A stretch of DNA of 64,000 nucleotides from an uncultured Gemmatimonadales bacterium. Lineage in GTDB: Bacteria; Gemmatimonadota; Gemmatimonadetes; Longimicrobiales; Longimicrobiaceae. The position numbers and the translations under genes are program-made. The DNA is taken from NCBI GenBank assembly GCA_963716255.1, contig OY970303.1, forward strand, positions 5,056,001-5,120,000, written 5' to 3'. This document shows, piece by piece, positions 48,865 through 57,838 of this stretch (positions are counted from its first letter, which is position 1; every line of letters begins with the position of its first letter). The notes beneath the pieces are model-generated. The model did not search any database. It worked only from the letters and a program-made list of their open reading frames with translations, and was not told the DNA's origin.

Positions 48865-50350
48865 GCGTGGCCTCCGCCGCCGGGAATACGATCCGGAACC
48901 GGGCCCCGCCCGCGGGGGACGCCCCGGCGTCGATCTGCCCCCCGTGCTCCTCGACGATCCCGCGCACCACCGCCAGCCCCAGGCCCGTCCCCTGCCCGCC
49001 GGTCTTGGTGGTGAAGAAGGGCTCGAAGACCCGGGGAAGCGCCTCGGCCGGGATCCCCGGGCCGGCGTCTTCCACCTCCACCCGGACCTCCCCCGGCGCG
49101 CTCCCGGCACTCTCCTCGCCCGGCCCGGCCACCCCCAGGCGCACCGTGATCCTGCGCGCTCCGTCGGCCGCTTCCATCGCCTGCATGGCGTTCATGAACA
49201 GGTTGGTGAAGACCTGGTGCAGGAGGTGGGGATCGCCGTCGATCTCCGCCGCGGGCGCCCCCTCCCGCACCACCACGACCCCCGTCCGGGCGAACTCCCC
49301 CTCCAGGAACTCCGTGACGCCGTCGATCACACGGGCCTGGTCGGTGCGCTCGATCCGGGGCTCCCGCCTCCGCGCGAAGTCGAGGAGGTTCTGCACGACC
49401 AGCGTGATCCTGCCGATCTGCTCCACGATGATGCGGAGGTTGCGCTCGCTCGCCTCCGGCTGGGGCCCCCGCCGGAGCAGCATCTCCGCGCGCCCGCGGA
49501 TGACGTGCAGCGGGGCCGCGATCTCGTGCGCGAGCCCGGCGGCCAGGCTGCCCACCGCGGCGAGCTTCTCGGTTTGCCGGAGCCGCCGCTCCAGGAGCAC
49601 CCGCTCCTCCCCTTCCCGGATCAGCCCGGCGCGGGCCGCCTGCAGGTGCTCCACCATGCGGTTGAACTCGCGGGCCAGCTCCGCCAGCTCCCCGCCCCCG
49701 GGATCGGGGGTGAGCCGGTGGGACATCTCTCCGCGTCCCAGCGCCCGGACGGCGGCCACCAGCCGCTCCAGCGGCCGGCCGATCAGGCGGCGCACCAGCC
49801 AGAGGATGAGGACGGTGACGGCGACGAGGAGGGTGAGGGTGTTCAGGGCGAACCGCTGGCGGACGCGGGCCGTTTCCGCGCGCAGCGAGGCCAGCGGCTG
49901 GGCCACCTCGAAGGCGGCGGCGACCCTGCCCGACGGGCCCGGGATGGGGTGGAGCACGGAGTACACGTGCTCGTCGCCGATGCGCCGCTCGAACTCCGTG
50001 ACCTGCCCGGTGGCGAGAACCTTCCCCAGCAGTGCAGGCGGGGCGGTCGTCCCGGCCTGCAGGGGATCGGAGGCGAACAGCGTCCGCCCGTCCGCGCCGT
50101 AGACCAGGACGCCGTAGATCTGCCGCTCCCGGCTGATCCGGTCGATGATGGCCTGTACGTCGCGGAGGTCGGGGTCCCGGAATGCCTGCTCCAGGCTGAT
50201 GCCGAGCGCCGTGGCGTAGGCACGGGTCTCCCGCCGGGCCTCCTCCGCCAGCACCGTCTGGCGCTGGTACAGGGCCCACGCCCCGTACGCCGCCATGACC
50301 CCGGCGACGGCCAGGAGGAGCGGGATGAGCAGCCGCGAGCTGAGCCTCAT
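48857..50350 (-). CDS. HAMP-domain sensor histidine kinase (NtrB/AtoS-like)
   Basis: Two TM helices, HAMP (ELAELAREFNRM), EKLAAVGSLAAGLAHEIAAPL, FEPFFTTK, GTGLGL; overlaps both neighbours. Confidence 0.95.
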   Translation of the reverse strand: MRLSSRLLIPLLLAVAGVMAAYGAWALYQRQTVLAEEARRETRAYATALGISLEQAFRDPDLRDVQAIIDRISRERQIYGVLVYGADGRTLFASDPLQAGTTAPPALLGKVLATGQVTEFERRIGDEHVYSVLHPIPGPSGRVAAAFEVAQPLASLRAETARVRQRFALNTLTLLVAVTVLILWLVRRLIGRPLERLVAAVRALGRGEMSHRLTPDPGGGELAELAREFNRMVEHLQAARAGLIREGEERVLLERRLRQTEKLAAVGSLAAGLAHEIAAPLHVIRGRAEMLLRRGPQPEASERNLRIIVEQIGRITLVVQNLLDFARRREPRIERTDQARVIDGVTEFLEGEFARTGVVVVREGAPAAEIDGDPHLLHQVFTNLFMNAMQAMEAADGARRITVRLGVAGPGEESAGSAPGEVRVEVEDAGPGIPAEALPRVFEPFFTTKTGGQGTGLGLAVVRGIVEEHGGQIDAGASPAGGARFRIVFPAAEATRA

Positions 50351-52077
50351 CGCTCGCCGGCGCCGCCCGACGCGCGCGCCGCCGGTGCGGCCACGGCGGC
50401 CGGAGCGGCCGCGCTGTCCGGGCGGACGCACGGAGCCGCGGAGTAGCGCACGCTCCACCGCGCGCCCGCGGAGTCCACGGCGACGCGCCCTCCCGGCACG
50501 GACAGCGCATCCGCCCGTGTGCGCTCCGCCACGCGCGCCAGCGCCGTGTCGCCCGCGATCGCGGGCCGGCCGGGGACGGCCACGCAGGCGTACAGGCGGT
50601 CCGTGGTCCGCACCGCGTCCACCGCGCCCAGGAACGCCGGAAGCCACTCCGCCCCGCGTCCCGCCGGCGCGCCGGCGGGCTCGCGGGGATACGCGCGCGT
50701 CCGCACGTCCACACCGGTCCCGATCCGCTCCGACACCGCGCGGCCGAGCAGCGCGTCCGCGGCCGCTCCGCCGGGCTCGCCCAGGTACTCGACCAAGACC
50801 CGCGGCGCGGCGGAGTCCGGCACCTCCAGCCTCCACCCCAGGAGCGGGCCCATCTGCCCCTCCGGCCAGGCGCCCCGGACCGCCGCGCCGACCCGCTGCC
50901 GGAGGTCGCCCACGTCGATCCCCACCGGCTCCGGCGCGGCCGTCTCCGCCGCCGAAGCGGCCTGGCGCAGGGCGCCCACGTCCGGCACCGCGATCACCCG
51001 GACGGTGGGAGCCACCCCGGTGCGCACCGTGATCCGGGTAGCCAGCTCTTCCTCCAGCGCGGAGGCCTCGTCGGCCGAGCCCACCAGGTAGAGGCGGGCG
51101 GAGACCGCGCCCGGCGACACCGTCACCTGCGACTGCACCGCGCTGCGCGACTCCAGCGCCCCGTCCAGGATCCTCGCCACCGCGGTGCGGGCGCGGACCT
51201 CCCACGCCACCTGCTCCAGGGCGCGCCGCAGGGGGACGAACACCGCCACCACCAGCACGAGCGGCAGCCCCACCCGGAGCACCCGTCCGTACCGCGTGCC
51301 GAACACGGCGCGCAGGCCCTGCACCGCGCGGCGGACGAACCCGTCCGGCCTCGCCCTTCCCAGGGCCGTCTCCTCCCAGTCCCGCTGGTCCACCCGATCG
51401 AAGCCGAGGGTCCAGAAGAACACGACCGAGACCAGGAGGATCGCGGTGAGGTTGGTCAGGAACAGGAGCGTGGCGCCCCCGGCGATCGCGGCGTCCCGCA
51501 CGCCCAGTCCGAAGCCCGCCACGCAGATGGGGGGAACGAGCGCGATCCCGATGGCGGTGCCGGCCGCCGCGCTGGTCGACTCCGAGCCCGGCCGCGCCGT
51601 GGTGAACGCCGCGGCGACCGCGACGAAGACCGCCAGCAGCAGGTCCAGGGCGGTGGGCGAGGTCCGGGACGCGATCTCCGCCGTGACCTCCTGGAACGGC
51701 AGCAGGACCGTGAGCAGCGCCGCCCCGCCCACCACCGCCAGCACGCTCCCGACCATGCGCGCGAAGGAGCGGAGGGTGAGCACGGCGGAGCCCACCACCA
51801 GCCCCATGCCGAGCTCCACGATGGGGCCCATCAGCGGAGCGATGAGCATCGCCCCGATCACCACGGCCGTGCTGCCGAGCACCAGCCCGACGGTGGCGAT
51901 GGCCATGGACAGGAGGAGCTGGAGCCAGTAGCTCACCGCGTCCCGCCGGCGGCGGTTGAACATCGCCTCCACCACGCCCCGCCGGTCCGCCGCGGTCAGG
52001 TCCAGCGCGCGGAGGGCGACGGCGTGGATGCGGCGCTCCATTACGTGGCGCCTGCGCGTGGGTCGGGGTCCGGCCAT
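50347..52077 (-). CDS. DUF389-domain membrane protein, copy 2
   Basis: Same motifs as copy 1; ATGA coupling to the HAMP kinase. Confidence 0.9.
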   Translation of the reverse strand: MAGPRPTRRRHVMERRIHAVALRALDLTAADRRGVVEAMFNRRRRDAVSYWLQLLLSMAIATVGLVLGSTAVVIGAMLIAPLMGPIVELGMGLVVGSAVLTLRSFARMVGSVLAVVGGAALLTVLLPFQEVTAEIASRTSPTALDLLLAVFVAVAAAFTTARPGSESTSAAAGTAIGIALVPPICVAGFGLGVRDAAIAGGATLLFLTNLTAILLVSVVFFWTLGFDRVDQRDWEETALGRARPDGFVRRAVQGLRAVFGTRYGRVLRVGLPLVLVVAVFVPLRRALEQVAWEVRARTAVARILDGALESRSAVQSQVTVSPGAVSARLYLVGSADEASALEEELATRITVRTGVAPTVRVIAVPDVGALRQAASAAETAAPEPVGIDVGDLRQRVGAAVRGAWPEGQMGPLLGWRLEVPDSAAPRVLVEYLGEPGGAAADALLGRAVSERIGTGVDVRTRAYPREPAGAPAGRGAEWLPAFLGAVDAVRTTDRLYACVAVPGRPAIAGDTALARVAERTRADALSVPGGRVAVDSAGARWSVRYSAAPCVRPDSAAAPAAVAAPAARASGGAGER

Positions 52078-52349
52078 GAATGCGGATCGGTCGCAGAAGA
52101 TCGAGGCGGCGCTCCCCTGGTGTGGAGCGCCGTCCAGGGGCAAGGTGAAAGTGGCACTTGCCGGCAAGCAACGGAAGTGAGGTCCACCCGCCGGCGGCTT
52201 ACCGCGTGGGTGGTTCCGAGTCGTCCTACTCGGACCTCGAAGCCCGTCTACTCCTGGCCCGGGAGAACGGGGCGGCACTCTGGGTAACCGTGGCTTGTAA
52301 GCCCGGCCACAGGTGAAATCCACTCATCGCTCTGCTGTCCCTCGGCTGG

Positions 52350-53291
52350 TCAGAAGGCCGCGCGCTCCAGGTTCAGACGAATGAGGTGCTCCGCCAGCGC
52401 ACGGGTAGACTCGGGGGAGATGGAGGGGTAGCGCGGGAGCAGGAGCGGGAGTTCGAGGTCGGGGAGCAGCCGGCGCGCCGACCGGGTCGCCAGCACCGGC
52501 TCGAACCGGTCCAGCATGGCGATGGCGGCAGCATCGTCGGCCGGCACCACGCGGATGCCGCCCGCCCCGCCGGCCCGCCCATAGAGCGCGCGGAAGCGCT
52601 CCCCGTAGCGCGGGTCCGCCACGATTGCGGTGAGTCCCCCCGCCCTCGCCCGCCGCTCGATGATCCCCGCCATCTCCGGGTGGACGGTGACGACCACCGA
52701 CGGCTTCCCCAGCGCTTCCGCCAGCAACGCCGCCTCGCGCGCGTGGAACGGCGTGGTCACCACCAGGTCCGCGTCGCGCAGCTCCCCCGGGAGTGCCGCC
52801 GGGTCCAGCTTCTGTCCCACGCCGAGCCCCGGGAGGTCGTCGACCCACACCGGAAAGGTGTCCATCCCGCACTCGTCGTCCAGCTCCCGGCAGAGCGCGT
52901 CGCCGGAGTCCAGGTTCGATTCCAGGCACGCGCAGCGCGGCCGCACGCTCGCCGTGCAGCGGCAGATGAACTCGGGCAGGTGCGGAATGGCGATCCGCCG
53001 CTTGTACCCCTCCGCCAGCACTCCCGCCAGCCACGCCGCTGTCTCCTCCACCACGCCCCCGCCGATGCGGTCCTGCCGCGCCAGGTACACGCCGGCGCGG
53101 CCCCGCACCTCCAGTAGCCGCTCGGCTTCCAGCGCGTGGTACGCGCGGGCGACGGCCCGGTGGTCCGTGTTCAGCTCGCGCGCGAGCTCGCGGACCGGCG
53201 GGAGCCGGTCGCCCGCGCGCAGGTGGCCCAGGTGGAGCTCGCCGATGATGCGGCTCCGGATGCGGTCTACGAGCGCTGCGTTGATCGGCAT
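52350..53291 (-). CDS. GntR-family transcriptional regulator, copy 2
   Basis: Nearly identical protein to 16570-17511. Confidence 0.9.
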   Translation of the reverse strand: MPINAALVDRIRSRIIGELHLGHLRAGDRLPPVRELARELNTDHRAVARAYHALEAERLLEVRGRAGVYLARQDRIGGGVVEETAAWLAGVLAEGYKRRIAIPHLPEFICRCTASVRPRCACLESNLDSGDALCRELDDECGMDTFPVWVDDLPGLGVGQKLDPAALPGELRDADLVVTTPFHAREAALLAEALGKPSVVVTVHPEMAGIIERRARAGGLTAIVADPRYGERFRALYGRAGGAGGIRVVPADDAAAIAMLDRFEPVLATRSARRLLPDLELPLLLPRYPSISPESTRALAEHLIRLNLERAAF

Positions 53292-53365
53292 CTCAGCAGG
53301 GGGAAAGGCGTGGAGCTGGAGCCCGCACGGGTCCACCCAGGCGGACCGGCGGTCTCGCAGGGGCG

Positions 53366-53384
53366 TGATACTGGATATGTATCA
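53366..53384. promoter_or_regulatory. Palindromic box TGATAC-N7-GTATCA (distal, copy 2)
   Basis: TGATAC TGGATAT GTATCA, read directly. Confidence 0.7.
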
Positions 53385-53511
53385 GTCTGGACCGTACAGA
53401 GCAATGCTCAGGGAGACTTCCCCACGGGCAGAAAGGGTGAGTTGCAGACCAGTGAGTCGTGATCGCCGGCTCTCTGCCCGGAAATTCAGCCGAATCGTGG
53501 AGCTTAGATGC

Positions 53512-53530
53512 TGATACAGAACGTGTATCA
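53512..53530. promoter_or_regulatory. Palindromic operator TGATACA-N5-TGTATCA
   Basis: Perfect 7-bp inverted repeat abutting the sigma54 box. Confidence 0.75.
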
Positions 53531-53546
53531 CGGAACGCGATTTGCA
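53531..53546 (+). promoter_or_regulatory. sigma54 (-24/-12) promoter, copy 2
   Basis: CGGAACGCGATTTGCA. Confidence 0.7.
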
Positions 53547-53581
53547 CGGCTTCCAGGTCCATTCAAACGGAGTTGGCTTTC

Positions 53582-53842
53582 ATGTATGAGACCGAGCTGC
53601 CGCCCGCCGATCCGGACCACGACGCCCGGAACGCCCGGATCTGGATCCTCCGTCACGCCGGTATCCGGGCAGCCGCCGCGCCGGGGCAGAAGCGTATGCT
53701 GCATGCCGCGGAGCGGTCGTCCACCTGGAGGTGCCGCGCCTGCGGGACCGAGCGGCACTTCGCGGAGGCGGTGCCGGAAGCGGCGGCGTCGCCCTGCACC
53801 GCGTGCGGAGGGACCGCCCTGCGCGCCGACGCGGAACGATGA
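53582..53842 (+). CDS. Small zinc-ribbon protein, copy 2
   Basis: WRCRACG...PCTACG; same length as copy 1. Confidence 0.75.
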   Translation: MYETELPPADPDHDARNARIWILRHAGIRAAAAPGQKRMLHAAERSSTWRCRACGTERHFAEAVPEAAASPCTACGGTALRADAER

Positions 53843-53873
53843 GCGCGGCTTCCTCCAGTTGAGCGAACCCATC

Positions 53874-55331
53874 GTGGAGCGCACGCGTCCTCGCCTGCTT
53901 CGGTTCGACGGGCCGGTGTGGGTCGGCCGGCTGGCGCTGGGCTTCGTCATGATCGCGCTCGCCGCGCTCTTCGTCGCGCCGCTGGCCGTGCAGAACCGCA
54001 TCGCGCCGCTGCGCGAGGACGCGGAGCGGGCCGACCAGGCGCGCACGCTGGTGGCGCGGGTGCAGTTCGCGCTTGCGCAGCAGATGTCCGCCCTCCGCGG
54101 CGCCCTGCTCACCCCGGACCCGCGCTACCCCGGCCTGTACGCCGAGGGACTGGCGCTGGAGCGCTCGGCATACGCGCCGCTGGACTCCCTGGCCGGCCCG
54201 CTCCCGGAACCGGTCCGGTCCGCGCTGGGCCGCCTGCGGGCGGCCTCCGACCAGTGGCACGGCCGGCTCGACGAGCAGCTGGTCCTTCGCCGCGAGCCGG
54301 CGGCGCGCGGCGAGCTGCTCGGCCGCGACCTGGAGCTCTACGAGAGCGCGCTGCGCGCCGCGCGCGACCTGGATCGTGCCGTCACCTTCGTCGCGCGCGA
54401 GCGGAGGGCCGAGATCCGCCGGGCAGAGGCGCGGGAGGACCTGGTCACGCGCGCCCTGGGGCTGGCGGCCCTGGTCGCCGCGCTCGCGGTGGGATGGGTC
54501 GGGCACCGCATGCGGATGCTCGCCCGCGAGGCGGCGGCGCGCGGCGAGGAGGCGGAGCGGGCGCTGGAGGAGGCGCAGCGCGCCTCCGACGCCCGGGAGC
54601 GGCTGATGCGCGGCGTCACGCACGACCTCAAGAACCCGCTCGGCGCGGCCGACGGCTACGGGCAGCTGCTGGAGATGGGGCAGGAGGGGGAGCTGCGGCC
54701 CGGGCAGCTCCGGATGGTGGAGGGGATGCGCCGCTGCATCGGCACCGCGCTCGGGCTGATCGCCGACCTCCTCGACTTCACGCGCGCCGAGGCCGGGATG
54801 CTGGAGGTGGTGCACGAGTTCACGGACTGCAAGGCGATCGTCCGGGAGGCCGACGAGCAGTACAGGGGCTCCGCCCGCGCCGCGGGCCACGAGATCGAGC
54901 TCCGCCTTCCCGACGGTCCCCTCCCCGCGCTCACCGACCACGCGCGGGTGCTGCGCATCGTCGGCAACCTGGTCTCCAACGCCATCAAGTACACGCCCCC
55001 GCCGGGGCGCGTGGTGCTGGAAGCGCAGGCTGTGGAGGGCTCGCCCGCCTCGCGGGAGGGGCGCTGGATCGAGTTCCGCGTCTGCGACACCGGTCCCGGG
55101 ATCCCCGAGGCCGAGCGAGAGCGGATCTTCGACGAGTTCCACCGGCTCCACAACGCCCAGACGGAGGGCCACGGTTTGGGGCTGGCCACCAGCCGTCGGA
55201 TCGCGCTCGCGCTCGGCGGCGACATCACGGTGGCAGACGCGGAAACCGGGGGGGCAGCCTTCAGTCTCTGGCTCCCCGCCCGCAGGCCGGACGCCGGGCA
55301 GCCCGCCCCCGTCGGCGGCGAGGGCCCGTGA
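53874..55331 (+). CDS. Membrane sensor histidine kinase (CHASE3-like), copy 2
   Basis: Near-identical to 18083-19546; GTG start (or TTG at 53859). Confidence 0.92.
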   Translation: MERTRPRLLRFDGPVWVGRLALGFVMIALAALFVAPLAVQNRIAPLREDAERADQARTLVARVQFALAQQMSALRGALLTPDPRYPGLYAEGLALERSAYAPLDSLAGPLPEPVRSALGRLRAASDQWHGRLDEQLVLRREPAARGELLGRDLELYESALRAARDLDRAVTFVARERRAEIRRAEAREDLVTRALGLAALVAALAVGWVGHRMRMLAREAAARGEEAERALEEAQRASDARERLMRGVTHDLKNPLGAADGYGQLLEMGQEGELRPGQLRMVEGMRRCIGTALGLIADLLDFTRAEAGMLEVVHEFTDCKAIVREADEQYRGSARAAGHEIELRLPDGPLPALTDHARVLRIVGNLVSNAIKYTPPPGRVVLEAQAVEGSPASREGRWIEFRVCDTGPGIPEAERERIFDEFHRLHNAQTEGHGLGLATSRRIALALGGDITVADAETGGAAFSLWLPARRPDAGQPAPVGGEGP

Positions 55332-55359
55332 CGCGCGGCGCCGGAGGACCCCGGCGGGG

Positions 55360-56334
55360 CTACGCCGGGACGGCGGACGAGGGGACGTCGTCCGTCGCTG
55401 CGCTGGGGACCACCAGGGCGTCGCACGGCGATCCGCGCAGCACCGCCTCCGCGACGCTCCCCAGCAGCAGCCGGTGCAGTCCCGAGCGCCCGTGGGTCCC
55501 GAGCACCACCAGGTCGGCCCCCCATGCGGCGGCCTCCGCGACGATCTCCCCGGCCGGGTCGCCCACGCGGACCGCGTCCTCCACTGCCAGCCCCGGCGGC
55601 GTGTGCGCGGCGACGAATTCCCGCAGCCGGGGCGCGGCCGACTCCGCGAGCGACGCGCCGGCCTCGGGCACGTGGTGCGGGACCCCGACGGGGAGCGGTG
55701 GGACCATCGCGGGGCCCGGACGCACCACCAGCACGCAGCGCAGGGCCGCCGTGTCGCCCGCGCAAAGGTCCATGGCGACCCGCAGCCCGGCCTCGTACGC
55801 CCGGGCGCTGGCCTCCGACAGGTCGGCGGCGAGGAGCATGCGGGCGCCGGGGAGCGGCCGGCGCGCGTCCGGCACCACCAGCACGGGGACCACGGCCTGC
55901 CGCAGGACACGTCCGGCCGTGGTGCCGAGGAACCGCTGGCCCAGCGAGCCATGGTGGGAGGCGCCCACCACCAGCAGGTCGGCGCCGACCTCCTCGCCCA
56001 CCCAGCAGAGCGATTCGGCCGGGGACCCCGCCACCACGCGGCAGGTGGTGGACCCCGCCGGCCGCACCCGCGCGACCGTGGACCGCAGCCGCTCCAGCAG
56101 CCGCTCGCGGAGCTCCTCCTGGCCCTCGGGGTCCGGGATTGGAGCGGTGCCCGTGGGGTCGAGCGACGGCATGGCGGCGTACCCGATCAGGGGTTCCTCC
56201 TCGAAGACATGGACGACGTGGAGGTCGGCACCGGTCCGGTCCGCGACGCGGGAGGCGCGCACGAGGGCTGGGTCGGCCGCGGAGCCGGGGTCGGCGACCC
56301 CCGCGACGAGGGTGCGCAGATGCTGGGGGATCAT
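55360..56334 (-). CDS. Tandem-domain universal stress protein, copy 2
   Basis: Two USP domains; paralog of 19575-20552. Confidence 0.92.
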   Translation of the reverse strand: MIPQHLRTLVAGVADPGSAADPALVRASRVADRTGADLHVVHVFEEEPLIGYAAMPSLDPTGTAPIPDPEGQEELRERLLERLRSTVARVRPAGSTTCRVVAGSPAESLCWVGEEVGADLLVVGASHHGSLGQRFLGTTAGRVLRQAVVPVLVVPDARRPLPGARMLLAADLSEASARAYEAGLRVAMDLCAGDTAALRCVLVVRPGPAMVPPLPVGVPHHVPEAGASLAESAAPRLREFVAAHTPPGLAVEDAVRVGDPAGEIVAEAAAWGADLVVLGTHGRSGLHRLLLGSVAEAVLRGSPCDALVVPSAATDDVPSSAVPA

Positions 56335-56474
56335 AGCGGAGGTGCCGGTTCGGGGCGAAGGGGGACGGGCTGCGGGGGCCACGGTGTGGAGGTGGCCCGC
56401 TCCCGACCTTCGGGGACGAGCAGGATCGCGAGCGCGGCAGTAGGGCCGCGAAACCGATGCCAGGAGGATGGGCG

Positions 56475-57794
56475 TTGAAGGCACGACTGACCCATGGGTG
56501 GGAGGCGCTGCGGTCGAGCTACTGGTTCGTTCCCGCGCTGATGGCGCTCGGCGCGGGGGCGCTGGCGTTCGGGATGGTGGCGCTGGACGGCAGGGTCGGG
56601 TCGGAGGCGGTGGAGAGCCTGGGGTGGATCTACACGGGCGGGCCGGAGGGCGCGCGCGGGGTGCTCTCCACCATCGCGGGCTCCATGATCACCGTGGCGG
56701 GCGTCACCTTCTCGGTGCTGGTGGTGGCGCTCTCGCTCGCGGCGTCGCAGTTCGGGCCGCGGGTGCTGGGGAGCTTCATGCGAGACGCCGGGAACCAGTT
56801 CGTCCTGGGGGCGTTCGTCGGCACTTTCCTGTACTGCCTGCTGGTCCTGCGCACCGTGCGCGGGGGCGAGGAGGCGGGCCGCTTCGTGCCGCACCTGGCC
56901 GTCACCCTCGGGGTGGCGATGGCCGTGCTGGGGGTGGGCGTGCTGATCTACTTCGTCCATCACGCCGCGGTCTCCATCCAGGTCACGTCCGTGATCGCCG
57001 CCCTCGCCGAGGACCTGGACGCCGGGGTGGAGCGGCTCTTCCCGGGGGAAGCGGAGGCCGTCGCTCCTGCGGGGGCCATGCCCGCACCGTCTGCCAGCGT
57101 CGACGCGCGGCGCGACGGCTACGTGCAGGCGATCGACTTCAGCCGCCTCGTGGAGCTGGCCGGAGGCTGCTCCGCGACCCTGCGCCTGGAGCCGCGCATC
57201 GGAAGTTTCGTCGCCCGCGGCGACACGCTGGCGTGGGTCCACCCGCCCGGCGCCGCCTCGGAGCTGGGGGACGATGTCCGCGGCGCGTTCGTGCTTGGAT
57301 CGCGCCGCACGCCGTCGCAGGACGTGGAATTCTCCGTGCAGCAGCTCGTCGACGTGGCGGTGCGCGCCCTCTCCCCCGGCATCAACGACCCGTTCACCGC
57401 GGCGGCGTGCGTGGACCGCCTGGGCGCGGCGCTCGCGCGGGTGGCGGAGCGGCCGGACGCGCGCGGCGTTCACCGGGACGGCCGGGACACGGTGCGGGTG
57501 CTGGCGGATCCCGTGGGCTTCGAGGGTCTGGCGGAGGCCGCGTTCTCCCCCATCCGGCAGTACGCGGGAGGGAGCGAGGTGGTCCTCCTCCGTCTGCTGG
57601 ACGCGCTGGCGCGCATCGCCCGGCACGTCCGCGGCGAGGACCGGCGCGAGTCCGTCCGCGACCACGCGGCTCGCGTGCTCGCCACGGCCGGGCGGCACCT
57701 GGAGCACGCCGCCGACCGCGCGGCGGTGGCGGAGAGGCACCGGACGGTGGAGAAAGCGCTGCGTCGGAGCGGCGATCCCGCACGCGAGAGCTAG
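56475..57794 (+). CDS. DUF2254 membrane protein, copy 2
   Basis: AGGAGG RBS with TTG start; same motifs as copy 1. Confidence 0.92.
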   Translation: MKARLTHGWEALRSSYWFVPALMALGAGALAFGMVALDGRVGSEAVESLGWIYTGGPEGARGVLSTIAGSMITVAGVTFSVLVVALSLAASQFGPRVLGSFMRDAGNQFVLGAFVGTFLYCLLVLRTVRGGEEAGRFVPHLAVTLGVAMAVLGVGVLIYFVHHAAVSIQVTSVIAALAEDLDAGVERLFPGEAEAVAPAGAMPAPSASVDARRDGYVQAIDFSRLVELAGGCSATLRLEPRIGSFVARGDTLAWVHPPGAASELGDDVRGAFVLGSRRTPSQDVEFSVQQLVDVAVRALSPGINDPFTAAACVDRLGAALARVAERPDARGVHRDGRDTVRVLADPVGFEGLAEAAFSPIRQYAGGSEVVLLRLLDALARIARHVRGEDRRESVRDHAARVLATAGRHLEHAADRAAVAERHRTVEKALRRSGDPARES

Positions 57795-57838
57795 GAAGCT
57801 CGCGCGGACGGAGACCCGAGGACACTGGAGGTGGCCGC

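Noticed and set aside
50351..52171. Apparent 1104-aa kinase
   Set aside because: The extension is an alternate frame of the DUF389 gene; the kinase starts at 50350, as its paralogous starts show.
56468..57838. Apparent 785-aa MscS
   Set aside because: The upstream part is an off-frame overlap with DUF2254; the TTG at 57839 has an RBS and matches the remnant at 38626.
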